DNA from: Octopus vulgaris
Lineage: Eukaryota
DNA: 64,000 nucleotides
Reading direction: 5' to 3'
NCBI GenBank assembly: GCA_951406725.2
Contig: OX597819.1
Coordinates: forward strand, 114,390,001 to 114,454,000
Of the stretch, positions 13,501-26,690 are shown one piece after another (positions within the stretch are counted from its first letter, which is position 1; each line of letters begins with the position of its first letter). The notes under the pieces were generated by a model. That model saw nothing but the letters and a program-made list of their open reading frames with translations. It made no database searches and was not told the DNA's origin. Made by a program: the position numbers and the translations under genes.

Positions 13501-16500
13501 AATAATTTTAATAATTTCTTACATTGGCACAAAACACTAATTATTTCTTTCTGGTGGAAAATGAGTTCTGAATTGATTAAATTAGAAGTAATAAAAATTT
13601 GAAATAATAATTATAATAGAAGTAATAATTAAAATAATAAAATAATAGAAGTAATAATTAAAATAATAAAATAATAGAAGTAATAATTAAAATAATAAAA
13701 TAAATGGAAAAGCACAGATCAGCAGCTGCTGAAATACAAGAGCTATGATTAAATGAAAAGATATTTGAATATTTCAAAAATTTAAACTGGAATTCAAAAC
13801 ATTGAAATGGTGTTGAGATAATAAAAAACCTTAAAGAGAATTTAAGTTTTGAATGAATAAACTGAATATACTTTTGTCTATGAGATATATATGTAAACAA
13901 TATCTACTGAACTTTACATGTCATACTTCATTGGTAAAGTATAAAGTTTGTTAAGTTTGATTGCCACTGGGAGAAGAGTTTCTTGATATCTTGGAATGAA
14001 TGCTTTCTTTGAAAAGAAAGATAAACTGATTGATCTATAAACCAACCTCTCATCTTCCAGCTTATTCAGTTTCTACACCTAATGTCATTCATTTCTAACT
14101 TCTATTCCTTTCTCTCACCCATTACTTTCCTCTCATACATTCATAGGAACTCTAACTTTTCAGTTTCCTCATATATCAACAGATGAAAGACACTTAAAAC
14201 TTTATTGTTCTTAGATGAAGAGCTTAGTCTGAAATGCCAGGAGACTCTTCTCTCAACAGTATACAAACTTTAAAAAATTATATTTTACTGATAGAAACAA
14301 TTTTTGCTGGTAAAGTCTAGAGCTAGTTTCTCTGGAGTTATTTTTTCCCCTGCAATAATTTTAATTACTTTGAAGCTTTACACATTTGAAACTGATAACA
14401 TTTAGTGTGAAGTAGACATTTAACAGAAGATAAAAGATATAGTAAGTATTAAAAAGTTGAATACAGAACTTTAATACAGAACTTTGAAATAAAAGACAAT
14501 ATTTGTCAAAAAAAGAAATACAAATTTCTGTTAATTGAAAACAAAACCTATTAATATTAGAAGAGAGATAAAAAAAAAAAAAGTAGTGGTATTATTTTAT
14601 GGACCTCCAGAGGAATGAAAAAAAAATCTGACTTCCGAAGTAAATATTGTAAAAACATCTAGTTTGACATTATTGTTTGTATCAACTTAGTGTATTTGCT
14701 TCTCAGTGCTTTCTGTTTAGCTGGAAGGCTATCTGACCACACTCTCAGCTGCAGTGGACAATATTGAGAGTTATCGATTGTTTTTCTATTGGATTAGAAA
14801 ATTTGATGGGCTGTAATGATTAGATGTTGACTGCATAATTGGCAAAAGTGGTTTTCATAGAAGGTAGATGCATCTAAGTTCATCTACATGAACCATTTAG
14901 GTATCAGCTAGAGCCTCTGTTGACTTTGATAAAAAGAAATGCCTTACTACTTTACCAAATATATCAAAACTTGTAGATCAGATAACCCACATTAGTAGTT
15001 ACCTATCATGGCCAAGAAAAATATCTGCCAGGTAATGCAAGATGAGCCTAATGTAGAACAGAGTGAAGTATGTCAGCCATATCCAATTTGTAACCAGAGC
15101 CAGAATGTGAATCCACTAACAAGGCAAGATGTAATTGGGGAACTCATCTGACTCTGAACACTGGGGTTGCTTCTTCAGCCCCTCAGTGCTGAAAGCAAAT
15201 GAACTAATTTGGTAAGTATTTAAAGCTAGGTAGAATGGATGAATTAAGAGTTTAGACCTCTTAGCCACTCACACATCATAGAGCAAAGACATGAATCCCC
15301 AACATTTTGGTTGGCTATTGGTGCCTTACTCATTTGGCTTAACCCTTATTAGAAATAGTGTGTGCATATGTATATACACACACACACGCACACAACTGAG
15401 CCTACCTAAAGCCACTGAAGGCAAATGAGAAAGAAGGATTGAAGAACAAGGGAAGAAATAATAGGTGATAGAGAAATGAAAGGGCTGGAAAAGAAAAATG
15501 GCAAAAAAAACCCCCACAAAAAAGGTAGTTAATCTACCTACCATGACCTGGAAAAATGAAAGAGAGTCAATAAATAGCAAAACACATTGTCAAATAATTC
15601 ATTAAACTGCATAACCAAACTACACTGCAAAATTTGGATTCCTTAAATTCTAAAATTAGTAACATGCAAGAAATTTATCAGTCATTTTCTTTCTTCTTTT
15701 TTTTTTTTTTATACTTGACTAATTTAAATGGGTATTGTTTTAAAATTGCATTTTTAGTACTAACAAGTCTTCAAAAATCAACAAACTTTGTTAATAAACA
15801 CACAAGAAAACCACACGAGATGCACTGTCTTGGAAAACTAAATAAAACAATACATAATTTTACTAAGGTATCTCATACTACACCTCCATCTAACAAATAT
15901 GTTTATCAAGATCCTCACCTAACAAAGTAATCTTTAGGGGAAGGGACAGACGAGTAAACAAATAAAAAGTATTAAATGTACAGAGTGATCTTTGTTTTAC
16001 AGATTCTGTTTCCACTATTCTATATACAAGCCCAGATGTCAATTTAGTAAGAGAAGTTAAGCAGTTTCAGTCATGAATTTAAACTTAATGCTACATTTTA
16101 GGGATAACCAGAATCATAGAGACAAGGCCACTTTGACTGGCCCCAGCATATGAATGGTACTTATTTTTTTCAATTATGGAAGGATGAAATGTAAAGGCAA
16201 CCCTAGTAGGATCTGAATTCAAAACAAAAGGATGTAACTAAATAAAGGATTTATTCTGTCATTTTATTATTTTTTCTTTTCAAAGAAATTTATAATCTAA
16301 TTACAGTCTTCCACTCTGCCAACTGAGCTAATGATGACGATGATGGTGATCATGGTGATAGTGATGATGATGATGATGATGATTTATTTTTCCTCATCAC
16401 AAGACCACAGAATATTTAGTAGCAGTACAGTGAGTTTTGATGTTCATGCTTTTATCATTGCTCTGAACATATTACTGTGAAATTATTGTTGTATAGCAAT

Positions 16501-19500
16501 GCCTATCCCACTCCACCCAAAATAATGATTTTGTAACTATGAAAATCACTAATGTTTGTGAGAGGTGAGAAAATAATGTCAATCCCTAGATATTGCTGGT
16601 ACATATCAATCCTGGAGTAACATAATATAAAGTTGAGCCTCGTGATGTTTGAACCAAGAACAGCAGAGCACTGAACTAAATAGTATAAACTCTTTCATTA
16701 AAGATTTTCTTTACACTGTAATCCATACACCTGCATCCCATAATTAAGGTGCAAATAAAACATGAATGCTGTTAAATGCTGTCTCACATATGGGACACTT
16801 TGTACTCGGTATAAAATCTACATTTGTGTTCAATGATGAAACCCTGAACTGAATAGAATAAAATTCGATATTCTAAAGTGCTAGGCAATATCATAACTGG
16901 ATTATTGGTAGCTAGCTGTGTTTAATATTTCGATAACTTTTCCAGCTGAACGATTTTGTGTGTGTGTGTATGTATGCATCCTTCTTCCCTGATCCATTAA
17001 GTGTATATACAGATCAACATGTAAGTTGCTTTTCCCTAAAAAACATAAACACATTGCATATGGGGGCAAGAACAGTGTTTAGAAAAATACTTCAGCCCCT
17101 AATAACTACTAATCCTCTGTAAAGTACAAGTGAGACCTACAGTGGAGTACTATCCCAACAACTGGGAAATTGCTGCTTCTACACACAGAGACATCATAGA
17201 TGACCTCCAAGGAAAGGCCACTTGATTAATCTGCATTAAGGTGTTCTCAAATACACTCTAATCTCTGGCTTGCAGATATACCACCTCTTCTCTGTTCTTT
17301 TTCTACTGATACTATAATGGCTTCTGTTCCTCAGAGCAGACTGGTCTAATGTCACCTCTGCTCAGGCATTCTTGATTTACTTCTCTACCCACCTTTTGAA
17401 ATCCATATTGTGTCACACCCATAATAGCCCCCTACCCACACACATACAACTAGAACACCCAGCTCATTCACCCCAGAATGTTGTTCCTGTGGAATACCTT
17501 CCCTGCACATGCCCTGCATTTGGTCACTGACAATAATTTGAGAGGAATGTTAACAGCATCACTCTCCTCAGTCTTGGAGGGTCTGTTAAAGTCATAGGTA
17601 CAGCTCCTTTCTCTTGACCAAAGCACTAAAAAACATTAAAAAATTGCACCCTTGACCTCTAGATCACTAATTCATCGCCATAGCAACATTGGTATGGTAA
17701 TTTTTATAATTTTGGATCTGAAAAATGTAAATGACATAAATAATAAATGAGTGAATGAATAAATGAATAAATAAATTAAAAAATGATACCCAAAACATTG
17801 TGCATTGGCTGTGATGTGATGAAAGCATGGTTAAAATATGCTACCAAAAGAGTCCCCTTTTTTGTGCAGAGCAAGAAGCAACTGGTATGTTCCATCTAAT
17901 TTTAAAGCTACTTTGAAGTCTTCATTCAATCCAAGGAAATGAGGCAGAGTCCACAAAGTTTTTGAACTCACCTAGATTGTTATTTCATGAACCCTATTAA
18001 GTTTTGTATGTTAATCTTCTATGATGCCTCAATCTACATTATAATATTTTCTAACCCTACCTTATTTCTATAATGCTCTTGTCCCTCTTACCTCAACACA
18101 CATACATCTCCATTCTAACTTTGGTACTGTCTTCTGATACTAAGAACCCTGCAATAAGCCCCTCCTTCTTTCCTACCACAAAGCCTCTTTCTCATCACTT
18201 CTGGCCATCACATCATATCTTTTTTTTTATCAATAATGTTGACACAGGAGAATTCTCTGGAGTAAGTGTTGAGAATTTTACATGAAGATGACAAGACTTT
18301 GTGTTGAAAGGAAGAAAGCCATGTCTTCCAAATGATCACAAGACAATAACAATTTCCTTCTTTTAACAAAATAGCAACTGAATAGGCACAATACACTGAG
18401 CACAGGGTACCAATATCCTATTGTCAAAGAGTACAAAGCAGTGACAATAGCATATTGAACATGTAGATGGTAATTTCCCCTCTGAACAGGTGCAAGAACC
18501 AGGTGCCACAAAACTCTAAATGAGTGTAAAGATAATCACGCCCACTCTTTAAAAATACAGAAACACTATCAATCAGCTTTAAATGAGGATAAGCCTTTCC
18601 CTTCAAAATGGTATGGACTACAAATGTACAGGACAACTGCCATTTCCTGTTGAACATATACAGCACAATAAACAACCTTTTGAATACAGCTAAGGTTGTA
18701 TACATTTTTATTGGACACAGAGAGGACACTGAATCTCAACTGCTGAGAAGAGAAATGTAATCTCCCTCCAACGCACAGCGCAATAAGCTTCTACTTAAAA
18801 CATGGCAGTGAAAACCATCCACTGAATGCATGAATAGTAGTCAGTGACTCAAGGTAGCAGCAACTTCTCTGTGAAAATCTCAGGGTAATGAATGTCATTA
18901 TCTGAATATAACCGAAAAAAAAAAAAAAAAAAAAAAAAAAGCCTCCACTAATTTTCCACAATTTAAATTGGGAGAATGGCAGTAGAAAGAGTTTCAATAA
19001 ATTTATATAATTGATTTCAATCCCAAATTAAATTTAAAATACTCAATCACTCTTGGAACTAAACCAATTTTGTCCTATGACTTATATTAAAAGCAGTTTA
19101 ATTGAGATAGCAAAGATAAAGCGTATTGATGTGCATGGCTCAAGTGATACCCTTGAACAACAGCTGACTAGTAAATCTTTCAAGAGGAAGAAAGATATAC
19201 TTCAAGAGAGAAAGAAGTGATGCCAGGAACACCACTTACCCACCTTCTCTGATGGAAGAAAGTGGCAGAGCGCTGTAAAGCAAAGTTCATATTAGATTAC
19301 AGTAGCTGTGGCCCCACTGAGGAATGGAGCGATAATATAGTGAAAAAAAAAATATTGTGATGACGTAAGATCCTTCACACCTACCTTCTACCAAAAAAAA
19401 AAAAAAAAAAAAAAGGAAAATATAAAAGATATTAGTACTCTTATAGCTTAGCTAGCTAGATGGCTAAGTGGTCTGATAAATATTTCCAGGTAAACTGATC

Positions 19501-21201
19501 CACTGAATTTTCACTGGGCATGTCATGATGTCACAACTTTTACACATCACAAGTTTCAAATGATAATATTATTATTACATTGCCATTTAGATACATGACA
19601 TTTATTTCATAAAATAGTTCAAATTTATCTCTTAACATTTATCATATTCTGTTTCAGTAACCACTGTATGTCAGTGGCATTTCTTTAAGAATACTGTTTT
19701 AAACCAACATTCTTGTCATTACGTTGTTCAACAACTTCTAAAGCAGACGTATAATGTGGAGGGTAATACTTGAATCACATATTTGATCTGTGTTTTAAGA
19801 CACATTACCATTTTGTTTTTATTGCGGATTATTCTATTGAAAGTAAAACTTAGAGTATGTTGCCCTTCTATTAGAAATAGTTGGAATTTAGTTGAATGAG
19901 ATTTAGCCATGGAACAGTTAAACAGAAATTCCCTTATTGATTGAACTTTTTACTAGTCTGCTATCAGAAAAAAGTTATACAAGTTTGCAAGTGATCAAGT
20001 ATGAGATATATATGAAAGGTCCCTGATACAGATGCAAATTTATGTTTGTTCATGGCCAAAAGACATAATTTCAGGTTAAGTTCATTTAGTTGTAAGAACA
20101 TATTAATATATGAATATATAACAGTTGGATGAGGAAATATAAGGTTATAATGAACATGCTATTAAGAATAGCGTTAGTGACTTTGGTAAAGTCATTCCTA
20201 AAGTAAATCAAAATATAGTTTTTAGTAGGGCCAAGAAATCTCTTAATTAAAGCTTTCTTTAGATCACACAAAACTAACTTGATTTTTTTTTTGTAAAAGG
20301 GTAAATCAACACAAGTTTATTATTGGTACTATGGACACAGCATGATCAAATTTTCAAGCTGTTCACTTCACAATCATAAGATCTTGGGTTCAATCCCACT
20401 AGTTGGCATCTTGGGCAAAGGTCTTTTATTATTGCCTCAGGTTGACTCAAACCTTGAGAGCAAAGTTGAGTTGATGGAAGCTATGCAGAAGCTTGTCATA
20501 TGGATTGTACCTGTAACTTAAAGGTACAGCCATGACACACATTATATCTAGCTGAACCTAATTAAGTTTTACATAAATGTTGCATGTGAGAGTGGAATAC
20601 TCAACCACTTACATACTAACTCAGTGAGAAGGTAATTCAGTTGATCAAATAACTGAAGCAACCATAACCATCAGAGATTCATTTACTTATTTACTTATTA
20701 CTGGTACTCAAAATTTTGATAAATAAGAAAAAAAAATGTTTTTTTAATAAATAAAGTTGAAGAAAACCCCAACGTGAGATGTTAGTGTATTTGGATCCAT
20801 CCAAACCGGAACTACAATATGCAGCTAGAGGAGCAGAATGGAAGCAAAGCTATATAACATTTATTGCTTGCTCTGACTAAATCTCCAAACAAACAAAAGA
20901 AAAATAAACAATGAAAAAAAAAACAACAAATAGTGGTTGGAGTAAGGTTATAAATGGTAAAACAGCAAATGAAGAAATACCTGGTCTTTGTTGTCACTGT
21001 TAATTGGTTCAATCTGTGATGGTGACTAATGGAAAACAGACAGACTATGTTTTTTATATGTTCTTTTTTTGTTTACAGATAATAAAAATAAAATCTAATA
21101 TAAGAGAGAAGAACAAAGTGAAAAGAACAAAAAAACAGAAACATATTTGCATATGTATGTATGTATATATATATATATATATGTGTGTGTGTAGTACTAT
21201 A

Positions 21202-21247
<46 letters not shown>

Positions 21248-24200
21248 CACACTAGGAAAAACTGAAAATGAAAACTCAGAGTATTAATAGAAAGAAGCTT
21301 TAGTTTTCAATGACTGAATAAACTCTACTAAATGCATTGAGTACTTTTTCCTCTCATTTGCAAACCTGAATGAATGTATATATGTATGTATGTATGTAAT
21401 CTATGTGTGTGCATATGTATGTATATTAATAGAACAAATAAGCGAAATGAGGTAAGGGAGTAGATGTTTATTCCATTTGTTTACAGCTGTTTCATAATCT
21501 TGTTAGTTATATAATAGATATTACATCAACATTAACATGCATAAAATGTTTATATATAAATATAATAATAACAATAATAATAATATATAAATGTGTTTGT
21601 GAATACCCACACGTACAAGAGTGCCAAGAATTTACATATATATATATATATATATCTGTGTGTGTGTGTATGTATAAAAAATACAAAATGGGACAAGAAC
21701 GCAAAACATCCAGCTAGACAATACTAAGAAAGCAAGGACGGTCATTTGGAGTTTTCTCTCCTCAGTCGAGTTCCAGATTATCTTTGCAATTTCGGCTGGT
21801 TACACTCGAGATTGCTCCAATCTGGCCAGCCCCAAGGAAAAACTAAGCTAAGAGCATTAGATTCCTTGGAAGAAAGCAGTGAATGTATATGAAAACAAGG
21901 ATGGAATAAAAATAGAGAATGTTACACAGATACAAATAACAAGACCTAACAACAGGTGTGTTTCAACTGACGAATTAAATTAAGCTGGCGTGTGTGGAAA
22001 TAAAGCCTTACAGCAGGGATACAAGATTTAACAGGCACAGGAAGGAATATAGATTTTGCATGGATGACAACTGAACCAAAAAAGAAAGATCAGGCTTGGC
22101 CAAACACCGGTCCATGGGGAGAGAAGAGAGGTAGAGGCAGAGGGACAGAAGAATTAAGGAGGGGTGAGAAAAAATGACAGGGACACAGTGAAGTAAAAAG
22201 AGGAGGGAAAGTGAGCAAGAAGAGAAGGCAGGGAAATGTGAGAGTATATAAAGTTAACTTGGTACTGATTATACAAGAATCAATGACTTTTCTGCTCTTT
22301 CACTGATTCAGGCATTCTATAATTTTCCTTCATCGACATTATAATGGTTGAACATGAATGATCTTCCGTAAATGGTAACGATCAGTTAATATGATTGAAC
22401 TGTATCATAATTTAGAAAAATTAATGTACTTATTTTATAGAACGATTTCCTGGTCAGATTCCAAAAGTAGCAGGAATGCATGGATTGATGTATTGCTGTA
22501 CAAGGTGACTATTTCAGAGGAGATGACGCTAAAACTTAGGTAAATAAGTTATTTGTTATTAAACATAACTAGTCCAGGAAATTTTTGATGCCATATAAAC
22601 TCATACCTATTCTGAAAGGTGAAGTGAGGCATTGGAGAACATGCTGATTTGAACTTATGAACCATGAACAGGTAGGTAATCCAACACTTTCTAAACACCC
22701 TAAAATTATACTATACTCTTTTTGTGCTACAAGCATGATCTGACAGAAGGTTATGATATACATGTAGAATTAGGCAGTTAGCACACAAATCAATGATGAA
22801 GTTACTATACAATTAATGTGACCTGTTAAAAATAGTGACCAAATCTTCTTTGAATCACACCCTACCATCTTAAAAAGAATGACATATTGACTAGTGTAGT
22901 CTTAAATTTATTAAACCTAAAAACAAGATGATGTAGTCATGGTTAGAAAGCCTTAAATCATAGGTCATCTCAACCAGAGCTAACCAACCACACAACAGCA
23001 GCAGCAGCACAACAAAAGGCAATACAACATAATAGAAACTGACTACAAAATGTTACATAATGCAATATAAACAGGTGAGCTTCAACTCTTGACTCAACCC
23101 GGATCCTACATATTTGACTATTGTGACTTTTACACCCTGTCAAATCTCTATTATACTCACCTACAGCCTTACCCTAACTGCTGTTTTTGTAACAATCCAT
23201 TATTACATAAACTACTAAGGTGGGGGGGGGGCGAACTTCTTTGTCTATGTTAATAGATAAAGAAGCAGGGCCCTCAATTACATTATCAAGTAACTCAAAA
23301 CTCACTAAAAATAGAAGGCTGCTTTTACATTGATATGTTGACTTAACTATTGATAGATACACATACACACAAAACCAGTTATATCAACCACTTATAAGTG
23401 GTTAGCATAAAACAGTATTTTGTTTTCTATAATTTGGTTATCTTTTTTAAACACTGACAAGCACCCAAGTAGATACTACAACTGACATTCTCTCTCTAAT
23501 CAGCAGTGAATCCTTATGTATTTACCACACAGCAATTTAAATCTATATATTCCTAAAAACAAACAAGATAATCAATATACACTCCCAATCCACTTAAACT
23601 ATTATATTCACTGTCTTTCACATAGACAACCATGAAATATGTTCTTTCACACACACCACACATGTGCTCCTCTCCTCCTACACTTAGATGTAAACCTACA
23701 AATAAACTAACAAATTATTTCTATTGCACAAACATACATTGCTTTGCTCTGACTTTCTCTTACTCATTTAGCTTTTCTGTCTGTCTGTCTGTCTCTCTCT
23801 CGCACACACACATGTAAATTACTACATCAGCATACACTTCTACACACCTCAGGCATATATATCCATACAAAGAACCACTCCTTAAGCAACACCCCCACAC
23901 AATTGTTACTCAAGAACAATGCACCTTCTTTAAAATGCAAAGACATCAGACAACTTATGACTGTGACATAAAACTCAACTTGACAGATCACACATATCTG
24001 CACACTAATGTGTAGTTTTTGCACACTTATAAGAATCAGAAATAGAAGCTTCTTATAAAGGAGTGGCTTTTAAGTGTAATTAACCTGTCATGCATCTGTC
24101 ACAGTAGCTGCGATGTAATTCCAGTGTGTGATCATTGTTGTTGTTGCAGCATTTATTGCTGAGTTGCATTTGTCATGTACAGGTCTTAGCATACACAGAC

Positions 24201-24385
24201 TATATTGGTGCACTTTACATACAAACACACACATTCACAAAAACAACATAGACACACAGACAGACACACACACTACTAATGCAAGGATGCAAACATTACT
24301 TCCATTCTTACAAACAAATGCATAAAAGTTTACAAATGCAAAACAAAATACTTAATACAAATATTTACAAGCATACAAAAATTAA

Positions 24386-24416
<31 letters not shown>

Positions 24417-24636
24417 TTCTTTACTACCCACAAGGGGCTAAACATAGAGGGGACAAACAAGGACAGACAAAGGGATTAAGTCGATTACAATGACCCCAGT
24501 GCGAAACTGGTACTTTATTTATCGACCCCAAAAGGATGAAAGGCAAAGTTGCTCTCGGTGGAATTTGAACTCAGAACAGGTGAAATACCACTAAGCATTT
24601 CACCCGGAGCGCTAACGTTTCTTCCAGCTCACTGCC

Positions 24637-24681
<45 letters not shown>

Positions 24682-26532
24682 CTATGCTGCATATTCCTCA
24701 AGTTCTGGCATTTCCTCACGTCTGCGATGTAGATATTTTAAAATTTTGTATTCATATAGAGTCTGACGAGCTGTCCACAAGGCTTAGGCTTTGTGGGTGC
24801 AAAACCTAGGGTAACTCTGCAGTATATATATATATATATGTGTGTGTGCATATATATGTGCACACACATACATATATAATACAACATTATATTGTTATAA
24901 CAGCAGATGTCTCAATCAGTTTCTTACCAGGAATTCAGAAAAACTCTGGCAATCATCAGAAAAGGCTGAAAGGGATGGTATAGTGTTAGCCCTTTGCAAC
25001 TAAAGATCTGAAAGTGCCCCAGGAATACCTTATGGATGTTGTAAAAAAATCTGGCCTCATAATCAGGAAGTTAGTTTCTCAACTACATGGTTTTGGGTTC
25101 AGTCCCACTGTGTAGAACCTTGAGAAAACATCTACTATAGCCCTGGGCCAATCAGAGCCTTGTGAGTGAATTTGGTAGATGGGAACTGAAAGATGCTCAT
25201 TATATATATATATAGCTTAGTTGGCCAATAATGACTTAACTGGTCAAAACTTCAAAAACTTCAAAGACAAAGAGACACAAACACATACAGTATGATGGGC
25301 TTCTGTCAGTTTCCATCAACCACACACACACACGCATGCATGTATATGTGTGTGTATATGTGTACATGAGGATATATTTCCTTCTCATGTATAATAAATA
25401 GCAAAGGATGCAAATTTTAGCAAGGAAAAAATTGATGCTTTTTGAGTGAAATCCTTTGCAATCCAAGTTCTGCATCAAGTTACAGGCACTCCCTTGCTGC
25501 TCTTACCACCAGAAATGCAGCGAATTAATATTTGGCCCATTGGAAACTCATAACTATTGACACCATTGTTTACCACTTAGAATATTAAATATAGAAACAT
25601 GACTGCATGCACACATACGCACTAAAAACTAAAGTAACCATGCACTTCCTCTATAAAATGGGTCTATTTTGGGACATATAAAATATCCATAGCTTTGACA
25701 TAACCCTTGACATGTCTTAACTGCAGTAACTATTCAATGTAATTAACACATATATTTTTTAACTGCCACATCCTAAAAAGTTTTATGTCGCATAGATTAT
25801 AAGAAGTGTGCATAATTATTGAGGTATGAACCAAGATTAACACAAGCACCTAAAATGCAGGCAAGACTAGACTGCACTATGATTTGAGGTCACAACTTAA
25901 GATAGACAGTTGCTTATTTCCTTGATTACAGAGATAAAATTTTAGCTGTAAGTCAAAAGTTGAAGATCAACTTGTTTGAAATAGAAGCCTCTTTCCTTCC
26001 AGTAAAATGAAACAAAGTAAAAAACAAATATAAACACCACATTGACATCTTCAATAAAATTCAACTGCATATAATGTTGATATATTCTTATTATAAGGAA
26101 ATAACAAGATTATGTGCATGTGTGTAGGTGTAAGTTTGGTGGTACAAATGAGAGAAATGAAATTCAACAGATAAAGCAGAGAATATATATATATATATAT
26201 ATATTTATTAGCGGTGAAGCTGCATTAGTGATTTAAAGGCCTAGAGTTTAATGCAAGACACTTAAACTTCTAAGATAAGTGTGTTGCATAGAACTCTTGG
26301 CACTTGATTCACTTTGAGACTTCACATCTTATATATATTTACATTTGGTAACAAGATATATGTAGTCTACTGAGTGCATTATAATTACTCTTAGCTAGGT
26401 ATAGTATAATGTAAGATATTTGAGATACATACCATAGACTGTGGAGATACTTTGTCTTCAACATATAGCTTCTGGGAGAAATTGGTTTGGAAAGGCTGGT
26501 AGTTTTCTGTGAGAAGAAAATGCGAGATAGAG

Positions 26533-26613
<81 letters not shown>

Positions 26614-26651
26614 CTAAATGAGTAAGAGAGAGACAGAGCAAAGCTGAAGTA

Positions 26652-26690
<39 letters not shown>

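Noticed and set aside
25507-25575. 69-nt exon-like segment with a good gtaaga donor
   Set aside because: Open only in phase 1 while the intron is phase 0 (immediate TAA), and the acceptor is weak.
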